This document shows, one piece after another, positions 28,337 to 36,715 of a stretch of DNA of 64,000 bases. This stretch comes from Bacteroidota bacterium. GTDB lineage: Bacteria; Bacteroidota; Bacteroidia; Bacteroidales; WCHB1-69. Within the stretch, counting starts at the first letter, position 1, and each line of letters starts with the position of its first letter. The notes under the pieces were generated by a model that did no database searches, was not told the DNA's origin, and saw only the letters and a list, made by a program, of their open reading frames with translations. The stretch covers positions 1,197 through 65,196 of the forward strand of contig JAEZOU010000053.1 of assembly GCA_023413895.1 (NCBI GenBank). The letters run 5' to 3'. The position numbers were made by a program, and so were the translations under genes.

Positions 28337-29568
28337 TATTTAATGTTTTCAACAGCAACTTTGATGCGTCTGCAAGCTTCTTGTAATGCTTCTTCGGAGG
28401 TTGCATAAGATAGACGAATACAATTGTCATCTCCGAAAGCAATTCCTTGAACGGTTGCTACATTTGCATCATATAATAGGTACATACTCAAATCTGTAGA
28501 GTTTGAGATGGTTGTTTTACCAAATTTTTCTGCGTAAACAGAATCTGAAGGTACATTTTTGCCATACAATGAAGATACAACAGGGAAGAAGTAGAATGCA
28601 CCTTGAGGAAGGCGAGTTTCAAATCCTGGAACTTCTTGTAAAAGTTTGTAAACCATATCTCTGCGTTTCATAAAGATGCCGCGCATAGTTTCAATATCTT
28701 TCCAAATAGCAGGGGAAGATTCCATAGCTTTGATGGTTGCACGTTGTGCAATTGAGCAGGTTCCAGAGGTGATTTGACCTTGTAATTTTTGGCAAGCAGA
28801 AGCAATTTGAGCGTCAGCAGCAATGAAACCAATTCTCCATCCAGTCATAGCGTAACCTTTAGCAACACCATTGATTGTGATTACGCGATCTTTTATTTCT
28901 GGGAATTGTGCCAAACTTTCATGTTTGCCTACGAAATTGATATGTTCGTAAATTTCGTCTGCCATTACAAATACGTGTGGGTTTTCAACCAAAACGTCAG
29001 CTATTGCGCGCAACTCTTCTTTTGTGTATAGCATTCCTGTTGGGTTTGAGGGACTGCTAAACATAATTAATTTAGTTTTCGGAGTAATCGTGTTACGAAG
29101 TTGTTGTGCAGTAACTTTGAAATCATTTTCCAATTTGGTTGGAACGTAAATGATTTTTCCTTCAGCTACTTCTGCAATAGCTTTGTAAGAAACCCAGTAA
29201 GGAGTTGGAATAATTACTTCATCTCCTGGGTTTACAAGAGCCATAACAACTTGATAAATAGATTGTTTTGCTCCGGTAGAAACCACGATTTGATTAGCGG
29301 CGAATTCGAGGTTATTATCTCTTTTGAATTTTTCGCAAATTGCTTTTTTGAGTTCTGGGTAACCAGGAACGGGTGAATAGTGCGACCAGTTCTCGTCAAT
29401 AGCTTGTTTTGCAGCCTCTTTAATCTCTTCAGGAGTGTTAAAATCTGGCTCTCCAATGCTCAAACTGATAACATCTTTTCCACTAGCTTTTAATTCGCGA
29501 GCAATTTGTGTCATGGCTAAAGTTTCTGATTCAGCCATAGTTGCAACTCTATTAGATATGATTTTCAT
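28336..29568 (-). CDS. Class I pyridoxal-phosphate-dependent aminotransferase (aspartate aminotransferase type)
   Basis: SIGEPDF, SPSNPTG, NGVAKGYAMTGWRIG (PLP lysine) motifs. ATG 29568 (MKIISNRV...) preferred over 29607. Confidence 0.9.
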   Translation of the reverse strand: MKIISNRVATMAESETLAMTQIARELKASGKDVISLSIGEPDFNTPEEIKEAAKQAIDENWSHYSPVPGYPELKKAICEKFKRDNNLEFAANQIVVSTGAKQSIYQVVMALVNPGDEVIIPTPYWVSYKAIAEVAEGKIIYVPTKLENDFKVTAQQLRNTITPKTKLIMFSSPSNPTGMLYTKEELRAIADVLVENPHVFVMADEIYEHINFVGKHESLAQFPEIKDRVITINGVAKGYAMTGWRIGFIAADAQIASACQKLQGQITSGTCSIAQRATIKAMESSPAIWKDIETMRGIFMKRRDMVYKLLQEVPGFETRLPQGAFYFFPVVSSLYGKNVPSDSVYAEKFGKTTISNSTDLSMYLLYDANVATVQGIAFGDDNCIRLSYATSEEALQEACRRIKVAVENIK

Positions 29569-29618
29569 TGCTTTTTTTATTTTAATTTTGTTAGATATGT
29601 TTTGCACTTTTTAGCGTG

Positions 29619-29626
29619 CAAAGATA
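29619..29626 (-). promoter_or_regulatory. Bacteroidota -7 box
   Basis: Minus-strand TATCTTTG upstream of the aminotransferase gene. Confidence 0.55.
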
Positions 29627-29928
29627 CAACTTTTAATAGGACGGACAACCTAATTTTTAGGATTTAAAATCAACCTTTGAAAGGTGTTGATGCATAATTT
29701 TTTATCTTTAAAATTGTACGTTTTAATTGTTAATATCTCCGATTTTAAGTCCATTTTTTGAAAAGTTTTTTTCTTCTTATAGAATATTGTATTTTGATAA
29801 GATTAGAATAGATATGTGTAAATTACTAATTATCAATACTTTAATTTTGTTTTACCATGCTTATGCATGATTATTTTGTAGAAGAAAAATATTTTTTAAA
29901 GAGGTGTTTTGGTGTTGAAAAAATTACT

Positions 29929-29936
29929 ATTTTTGC
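29929..29936 (+). promoter_or_regulatory. Bacteroidota -7 box for rpsO
   Basis: TATTTTTG, 42 nt upstream of ATG 29979. Confidence 0.6.
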
Positions 29937-29978
29937 AACCCGAAAAAATAATGGAAAGTAATTAAAAGAAAAGTTATT

Positions 29979-30248
29979 ATGTATTTAACACCAGAAGTTA
30001 GAGGAGAAATTTTTGAAAAATATGGAAAAGGCGTAAAAGATACAGGTTCTCCTGAAAGTCAAGTAGCTCTTTTTACCCATAGAATTAAACATCTTACCGA
30101 ACATGTAAAACAAAATAAGAAAGACCTTGTTACCAAACGTTCTTTGATTAACTTGGTTGGAAAAAGAAAAAAGATGTTGGAATATTTGAAACAACAAGAT
30201 ATTGAGCGTTACAGAGCAATTATTAAACAACTTGGTTTAAGAAAATAA
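29979..30248 (+). CDS. rpsO: 30S ribosomal protein S15
   Basis: 89 aa. GSPESQVALFTHRIKHLTEHVKQNKKD is the canonical S15 core. Confidence 0.97.
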   Translation: MYLTPEVRGEIFEKYGKGVKDTGSPESQVALFTHRIKHLTEHVKQNKKDLVTKRSLINLVGKRKKMLEYLKQQDIERYRAIIKQLGLRK

Positions 30249-30272
30249 TCTCTTTATATATAAGAGGCTGAT

Positions 30273-30308
30273 AAAAAAGGCAATTCGTTTGAAGTTGCCT
30301 TTTTTTCG
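30273..30308 (+). terminator. Rho-independent terminator/attenuator between rpsO and pnp
   Basis: aaaaaaggcaa...ttgcctttttttc hairpin with T-run. Confidence 0.75.
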
Positions 30309-30406
30309 TAAATAGACACAATGTGTTATACCACATATTAGTTGATTGGAAAATGTGAGGTTTTGTGTATAACATATTGATTTTTAATAATTTAACATAT
30401 AAAATA

Positions 30407-32614
30407 ATGATTGGAATTAGTAAAACTTTCAACCTTGCAGACGGTAGAGAAGTAACTATCGAAACAGGAAAATTGGCAAAACAAGCCGATGGTTCTGTGG
30501 TTGTGAAAATGGGAAATACTATGCTTTTGGCTACCGTTTGTACAAAAAAAGAGGCTGTTGAAAATACAGATTTTATGCCTCTTCAGGTTGAATATCAAGA
30601 AAAATATGCGGCAGTTGGTCGTTTCCCAGGCGGTTTCTTTAAAAGAGAAAGTCGTCCTTCAGAATATGAAATTTTGATAGCACGCCTTGTTGACCGCGCT
30701 TTGCGTCCTCTTTTCCCTGATAATTATCATGCAGAAACTCAAGTGCTTGTAACCCTTATTTCTGGAGATAAAAATAATCTTCCAGATGCATTGGCTTGCT
30801 TGGCAGCATCTTCCGCACTTGCTGTTTCTAATATCCCTTTCAACGGACCAGTTTCTGAAGTGAGAGTAGGTAGAATTGATGGTCGAATGGTCATTAATCC
30901 AACAGTTGAAGAGATGGAAAACTCTGATATTGACATGATTGTAGCAGCAACTATTGACAATATTATGATGGTTGAAGGTGAAATGAAGGAGATTTCAGAA
31001 GCTGATATGGTGGACGCACTCAATTTTGCTCACGAAGCTATCAAAATTCAATGTCAAGCACAGTTAGACTTGGCTGCTCAAGTGGAAAAAGCATATCCTA
31101 AAAGAGAATATTGTCATGAAACCAATGATGAAGATTTGAGAAAAGCCGTTCACGAAGCTACGTACGATAAAGTGTATGCCGTAGCCAAATCTTTTATGGG
31201 TAAACACGAAAGAAATGATGCTTTTGACAAGATTTTGGAGGAGTATTTGGAAACCATTCCAGAAGAGGAAAGAGATGAAAAGAAACCTATGGTGCAACGC
31301 TATTATCATGATGTTCAATATGATGCAATGCGTGCAATGATTCTTAATGAAAGAGTTCGCTTGGACGGAAGATCTTTAGACCAAATTCGTCCAATTTGGA
31401 TTGAAACAGGTTATTTACCATCTGCTCATGGTTCAGCCATCTTTACGCGTGGTGAAACCCAGTCTCTTTCAACTTGTACTTTAGGTACAAAATTAGATGA
31501 GCAAACTATTGATGGTGCAGTTGTTGAAGGATCAAGTCGCTTTATTCTTCACTATAATTTCCCTCCCTTTTCTGTAGGTGAAGTGAAACGCATAGGTAGT
31601 GTAGGTCGTCGTGAAGTGGGACACGGAAACTTGGCGCACAGAGCACTTAAGCCAGTAATTCCATTCGATGATCCAGCTTTCCCATATACTGTTCGTTTGG
31701 TTTCAGATATTTTGGAATCTAACGGAAGTTCTTCAATGGCGACCGTTTGCGCAGGTACATTGGCGTTGCTCGACTGCGGCGTTAAATTGAAAAAACCAGT
31801 TTCTGGTATTGCTATGGGATTGATTACCGATGAGAAAACAGGAAATTATGCTATTCTTTCCGATATTTTGGGTGATGAGGACCATTTAGGAGATATGGAC
31901 TTTAAGGTTTGCGGTACTGCTGATGGTATTACTGCTTGCCAAATGGATATTAAGGTGAATGGATTGTCTGCTCAAGTAATGGCAGAAGCATTGGCTCAAG
32001 CTTTAAAAGGACGCCTCTATATTTTGGACAAAATTAAAGAAGCAATGCCAGCTCCAAGAGAAGATTATAGAGATTTCGTTCCAAGAATCATTCAACTTTC
32101 AATTCCTCGCGAAATGATTGGTGCAGTAATTGGACCTGGTGGAAAAGTAATTCAAGAAATTCAAAGAGAAACCAATACAACTATCAATATTGAAGAGGTT
32201 GGAAATTGTGGTGTTGTTGATGTAGCAGCCGCAAATCGCGAAGATATTGAAAAAGCTTTGGCACGTATTAAAGCAATTGTAACATTGCCAGAGATTGGTG
32301 AAGTTTATGATGGTAAAGTGAAAAACTTGGCAGCTTTTGGCGCTTTCGTTGAATTTTTACCCAATACAGATGGTTTACTTCACGTTTCAGAAATCTCTTA
32401 TAATAGAATAGAAAATGTAGAAGATGTGTTGAAAGTAGGTGACGAAATAAAAGTAAAATTGATTGCTATTGATGAGAAAACAGGAAAATATAAGCTTTCT
32501 CATAGAGCATTACTTCCAAAGCCAGAAGGTTGGACAGACGAGAAACCTGCCCGTCCTGCCCGCCCTGCAGGCCATCGCCCACACGGACATGGACCTCGTA
32601 AACCGAAAGAGTAG
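30407..32614 (+). CDS. pnp: Polyribonucleotide nucleotidyltransferase (PNPase)
   Basis: Two RNase PH domains, KH ([10 protein letters not shown]) and S1 ([15 protein letters not shown]). ATG 30407 (MIGISKTF...) chosen. Track start is GTG 30365. Confidence 0.97.
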   Translation: MIGISKTFNLADGREVTIETGKLAKQADGSVVVKMGNTMLLATVCTKKEAVENTDFMPLQVEYQEKYAAVGRFPGGFFKRESRPSEYEILIARLVDRALRPLFPDNYHAETQVLVTLISGDKNNLPDALACLAASSALAVSNIPFNGPVSEVRVGRIDGRMVINPTVEEMENSDIDMIVAATIDNIMMVEGEMKEISEADMVDALNFAHEAIKIQCQAQLDLAAQVEKAYPKREYCHETNDEDLRKAVHEATYDKVYAVAKSFMGKHERNDAFDKILEEYLETIPEEERDEKKPMVQRYYHDVQYDAMRAMILNERVRLDGRSLDQIRPIWIETGYLPSAHGSAIFTRGETQSLSTCTLGTKLDEQTIDGAVVEGSSRFILHYNFPPFSVGEVKRIGSVGRREVGHGNLAHRALKPVIPFDDPAFPYTVRLVSDILESNGSSSMATVCAGTLALLDCGVKLKKPVSGIAMGLITDEKTGNYAILSDILGDEDHLGDMDFKVCGTADGITACQMDIKVNGLSAQVMAEALAQALKGRLYILDKIKEAMPAPREDYRDFVPRIIQLSIPREMIGAVIGPGGKVIQEIQRETNTTINIEEVGNCGVVDVAAANREDIEKALARIKAIVTLPEIGEVYDGKVKNLAAFGAFVEFLPNTDGLLHVSEISYNRIENVEDVLKVGDEIKVKLIAIDEKTGKYKLSHRALLPKPEGWTDEKPARPARPAGHRPHGHGPRKPKE

Positions 32615-32628
32615 TCTTATTCCTAAAT

Positions 32629-32664
32629 AAAAAATCCCCGACAATTATGTCGGGGATTTTTTTT
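32629..32664. terminator. Bidirectional rho-independent terminator
   Basis: atccccgac-aattat-gtcggggat hairpin flanked by an A-run and a T-run. It lies between convergent pnp and the type-B CTD gene. Confidence 0.85.
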
Positions 32665-32686
32665 ACCTATAAATAATGTTGCGTTG

Positions 32687-34981
32687 CTATCTAATTATAG
32701 TAATAGTTCCTGTTTTGTATAATTCCGTTTCTACATTAGCATACTTGATATAGGAGATTTTATAGGTGTAAACCCCTCCTTGACAAACTTCTCCTTTATA
32801 TGTTCCATCCCAAGTAGCATTGGGGTCAACACTTTGGAAAACAGCTTCTCCAAAACGATTATAAATGGTGATGTGATATTTCAAAACATCGGTAACAAAA
32901 ACTTGGAATAGGTCGTTATTGCCATCGCTGTTGGGAGAAAAACTATTCGGAACGTAAAATGCGTAATTATCAACTACATCAATAGTTTGCAAGGTGTCGT
33001 CAGAACAACCTGCATTGTTAGTTACGGTTAGCATAATATTGAAGGAACGATCTGAATCTACATGATATGCGTGCGCTGGGTCAGATTCATTACTAATAGA
33101 ACCATCACCAAAATTCCAATGATAATTGGTTATATTGTCACCTGTAGAAAGGTTGGCAAATGAAACCATACGACCATTGTTCGGAATATCTGGAGACCAA
33201 GTAAAGTCTGCATGTGGATAATCACCCACAAGAATATAATCTTCGCGTACAAGTTCACTTCCACAATCTTCCGAAAGATTGGAGTATAATGCAACAGTAT
33301 AAAGACCTGGTGTGTCGAAAGTGTAGTCAAATTGAGTCTCATCTAAAATGGTATCGGTATTGTTGATAACCCAAATCAAAGGAGCATTTTGCGGTGTAGT
33401 TGTGGAGGTAAAATGCACTGTGAAAGGTGCACAGCCTACTGTTGCATTTGCGTGAAAATTAACGGTAGGTTCAGAGGTGATGTTAACCTCCATCTCCAAA
33501 GTGTCATATTTACATCGATAGTTGTCGGTAGCAATAATTTGGTATGTTGTTGTTTGGGTGATATTGGCGGATGTTGTGATTTGGTCGTTATGGTCAATAT
33601 TATGATCAGGAATCCAAGTAATTTCGTTCACTTCTCCTTGTGCAACAATAACGCCAATTTCATTGCAAACATCACAAAAATCTAATACTTCAGGAGCTTC
33701 AAGAATGATATTCTTGTGATTTTTTAGATTGAGGATAAGAGTATCATACTCATATTTATCAGGGCACATCTCTTTTTGAATGAGAATTTTAGCAACTCTT
33801 ATGTCATTTTCAGGAAATGTTGCATTATCTGATACTTTTACAAGAAATTTTTGGTTTCTATCCCCAATATGAAGAGAAAAATCGTAACTATCAGATGTGA
33901 TTTCAGAGGTAATGTTGCCTTGATCGTCAAGGCAAAAAATTTGAAAATCATTACCTATTGTTGCTGTTATTCCAGCCAAAGCTTGGGTGTTGATGGTAAT
34001 GTTATATGGTCGTGTACATGTATCATTTTCAGTCATGCCAATAGTCATTGTTGCTACATTACAACCTGTGATTAGTGTATCATTTGATGATTCTGTATAA
34101 GTTGCTTTTGTTTCTAATTTGGGACTTGTAAAACTTCCCTTTTTGAGAAATACACCTGAGTCGTATCCAGAATCACCAGCATTAGCGATGGAAAGTTTCA
34201 TGTGATATGGGCGACAAGGACTAATACGTGCGCTCGCTATCAACCCAGAAGCAATTTGTCCATTACTCCGCATCACAGTGTATCCATCAAACTGCATTTT
34301 AGGAGAGTTAGATGGAACAGAATTGTAAAATTGTGTATAATTTGTAGAAATGCAACTACTTGCAGGATAAGAAGTGCCAGAAGGATAGCCATTGACAGAA
34401 TTAATGGCAACTACGATGTTGGTATTTGGAATTAAAGCGATATTTTTTGTTGTAGTAGTTAGTGTAACTGGGTCTAGTCCTGTAAGAAAGAAAGCAAAAA
34501 TATCATTGTATTGAGAGCAAACGTATTCAGGGTATTCTTCAGATGCAAAAATGTATTCAAATTCAAAGGTTGGAGAAACAGCTTCAAAGTCAAATTCTAA
34601 TATAGTAGCACCTGTTAAATTACTGCTTGCAATAGATTGCAAATCAGAATCTATTGCTACATTATCATCAATAGCAACGCTCTTGCTGCTTGAGTTATTT
34701 GGGCCTACAGCTACAGAGATATTTCCTGTAGTCATAATAATTCCATTACTAATTGGAAAATCGGGAAAACCTGTGCCATTGGTAAAAGTTCCAATTTTTT
34801 GCGACGTGATGGTATTCGCGCTGCGGTTGAATTGTCCATTTGTCAGGGTTACGCCTTCGCCAGCTAATTCGTCAAGGATAAGCTGTTGTGGTGTTTGTCC
34901 TGTTACATTAGAAACTGTAATCTGAGCAAATATCGTGATATTAATTATAGAAATAACAATGAGTAAAAATATTTTTTTCAT
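32687..34981 (-). CDS. Large secreted protein: choice-of-anchor-L-like N-terminus, PKD domains, T9SS type-B (gliding-motility-associated) C-terminal domain
   Basis: Signal peptide. PKD signature HWNFGDGSISNESDPAHAY. C-terminus YVPNSFSPNSDGNNDLF...WDGTYKG...GVYTYKISY is typical of the type-B CTD. Confidence 0.85.
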   Translation of the reverse strand: MKKIFLLIVISIINITIFAQITVSNVTGQTPQQLILDELAGEGVTLTNGQFNRSANTITSQKIGTFTNGTGFPDFPISNGIIMTTGNISVAVGPNNSSSKSVAIDDNVAIDSDLQSIASSNLTGATILEFDFEAVSPTFEFEYIFASEEYPEYVCSQYNDIFAFFLTGLDPVTLTTTTKNIALIPNTNIVVAINSVNGYPSGTSYPASSCISTNYTQFYNSVPSNSPKMQFDGYTVMRSNGQIASGLIASARISPCRPYHMKLSIANAGDSGYDSGVFLKKGSFTSPKLETKATYTESSNDTLITGCNVATMTIGMTENDTCTRPYNITINTQALAGITATIGNDFQIFCLDDQGNITSEITSDSYDFSLHIGDRNQKFLVKVSDNATFPENDIRVAKILIQKEMCPDKYEYDTLILNLKNHKNIILEAPEVLDFCDVCNEIGVIVAQGEVNEITWIPDHNIDHNDQITTSANITQTTTYQIIATDNYRCKYDTLEMEVNITSEPTVNFHANATVGCAPFTVHFTSTTTPQNAPLIWVINNTDTILDETQFDYTFDTPGLYTVALYSNLSEDCGSELVREDYILVGDYPHADFTWSPDIPNNGRMVSFANLSTGDNITNYHWNFGDGSISNESDPAHAYHVDSDRSFNIMLTVTNNAGCSDDTLQTIDVVDNYAFYVPNSFSPNSDGNNDLFQVFVTDVLKYHITIYNRFGEAVFQSVDPNATWDGTYKGEVCQGGVYTYKISYIKYANVETELYKTGTITIIR

Positions 34982-35020
34982 ATTATGCCTATTATGATGT
35001 CAATTTTTTTTCAAAAACAG

Positions 35021-35028
35021 CAAAAATA
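35021..35028 (-). promoter_or_regulatory. Bacteroidota -7 box (second candidate at 35114-35121)
   Basis: Minus-strand TATTTTTG at both positions, upstream of ATG 34981. Confidence 0.45.
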
Positions 35029-35184
35029 GTTCAAATGTTGCATCATCTGAAGCAAAAATGGAGTTTTCTTTAGTGTAAAGAAGTGGAAAATAGAATATTG
35101 CAATCTTACTCTGCAAAAATACAAAAAAAAATAATCTTTTTTACATCTATTTCCTCTTTTTTTTCATAATTGGTTTCTTTTTTA

Positions 35185-35192
35185 TATCTTTG
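35185..35192 (+). promoter_or_regulatory. Bacteroidota -7 box
   Basis: TATCTTTG, 23 nt upstream of tatD ATG 35216. Confidence 0.6.
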
Positions 35193-35215
35193 CAAAGATT
35201 TTAAATAAATGAGTT

Positions 35216-35992
35216 ATGAGTTACATTGACACCCACACCCATTTGTACAAGGAGTATTATCCAGAAGATATTCATTCCGTTGTTAAGCGTGCAATTCATG
35301 CTGATGTTACAAAAATGATTCTTCCATCGGTAAATGCAGATTCAATATCTGATATTTTTGAAATATCCAATCAATATCCTAATAATCTTTATCCATTGGT
35401 AGGACTACATCCTACTGATGTGTTTCAAGATTTTAAGACACAGTTACATAGGATTGAAAAACATATTGATGATGAGGGAATAGTTGGAATTGGAGAAGTG
35501 GGTATTGACCTATATCATTCAGTAGAATTTGTTGAACAACAGAAGGAAGCCTTTTCTATACAATTGGGATGGGCTAAAGATTTGCATCTACCGCTTTCTA
35601 TCCATATTCGTGATGCATATTCGGAAGCAATTTCTGTAATTAAAGAATTTAAAAACGCTGCCTTTTCAGGCGTGTTTCACTGCTTTTCAGGAGGAATCCA
35701 AGAAGCAAAATGGGCAATTGATAATGGATTCTATTTAGGAATTTCGGGTGTAGTTACCTACAAAAGGTCAAAATTACCAGATTTGATTAAGGAGATTGGT
35801 TTGGAGCATCTTGTTTTAGAAACCGATTCTCCCTTCTTGACACCCGAACCCAATCGCGGAAAACCGAATGAAAGTTCCTATATTCCTTTCATTGCTGAGA
35901 GGTTAAGTACTATTTTTGAACTTCCTATTGAGGAGATTAAGCGCGTAACGACGCAGAATGCTTTGCGAGTTTTTCCGCGCCTTAATTCTTAA
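35216..35992 (+). CDS. tatD: TatD family metal-dependent hydrolase (DNase)
   Basis: IDTHTHL N-terminus, GEVGID, HCFSG, ETDSPFL motifs. Confidence 0.9.
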   Translation: MSYIDTHTHLYKEYYPEDIHSVVKRAIHADVTKMILPSVNADSISDIFEISNQYPNNLYPLVGLHPTDVFQDFKTQLHRIEKHIDDEGIVGIGEVGIDLYHSVEFVEQQKEAFSIQLGWAKDLHLPLSIHIRDAYSEAISVIKEFKNAAFSGVFHCFSGGIQEAKWAIDNGFYLGISGVVTYKRSKLPDLIKEIGLEHLVLETDSPFLTPEPNRGKPNESSYIPFIAERLSTIFELPIEEIKRVTTQNALRVFPRLNS

Positions 35993-35997
35993 TTTTG

Positions 35998-36603
35998 CTA
36001 TATCATCTGCTTTATCTTGGAAGTTAGAATGTCAATTCCTTTCTCATTATGTCCGCCAATGGGGATAATAATGTCTGCTAGGCGTTTAGTCGGTTCAATG
36101 AAAGTTTCGTGCATTGGCTTTACATACTTTTCATAATGCTGAATCGATTTTTCTAATCCTCGACCGCGTTCATTTACATCTCTTTGAATGATTCGGATAA
36201 TTCTATCATCAGCTCCCGTATCTACAAAAACCTTTAAGTCTAACATGTTACAGAGTTCTGTATCTGTAAAAATTAGAATTCCTTCTACAATGATTACGGC
36301 GCTGGGAGGGACTAAAATTGTTTCTTTTCCTCTTCGGCATGTTACATACGAGTATGTTGGCATTTCAATTGCGTGACCTGCTTTTAACTCTGCAATATGT
36401 TGTTTCAGTAAACTGAATTCAATAGCATCTGGGTGGTCAAAGTTTATTTTTTCTCGCTCCTCTTGCGTGAGTTCTCCACAATCCTTATAATAGGAGTCTT
36501 GCGATAGTACACTAACGCTTTCTTCAGGTATGGCATTAATAATTTTCTTTACTACAGAGGTTTTCCCTGAGCCGGAACCACCGGCAATACCAATAATATA
36601 CAT
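35998..36603 (-). CDS. udk: Uridine kinase
   Basis: ATG 36603 gives MYIIGIAGGSGSGKTS (P-loop), with DSYYKD and FDHPDA motifs. The track extension is hydrophobic junk. Confidence 0.93.
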   Translation of the reverse strand: MYIIGIAGGSGSGKTSVVKKIINAIPEESVSVLSQDSYYKDCGELTQEEREKINFDHPDAIEFSLLKQHIAELKAGHAIEMPTYSYVTCRRGKETILVPPSAVIIVEGILIFTDTELCNMLDLKVFVDTGADDRIIRIIQRDVNERGRGLEKSIQHYEKYVKPMHETFIEPTKRLADIIIPIGGHNEKGIDILTSKIKQMI

Positions 36604-36629
36604 GTCGAAGATTTTAGGAAACAAAAGTA

Positions 36630-36637
36630 CAAAAATA
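36630..36637 (-). promoter_or_regulatory. Bacteroidota -7 box
   Basis: Minus-strand TATTTTTG, 26 nt upstream of udk ATG 36603. Confidence 0.6.
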
Positions 36638-36659
36638 TGTAATATGCGTAAGTTTTTTT

Positions 36660-36697
36660 TCAAAAAAAAATGGGCAGATATTCATCTGCCCATTTAC
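36660..36697 (-). terminator. Rho-independent terminator of C10 peptidase gene
   Basis: Perfect 10-bp stem atgggcagat / atctgcccat with loop attc. A T9 run follows on the minus strand. Confidence 0.85.
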
Positions 36698-36715
36698 TAT
36701 ATAAAATATTGTGTA

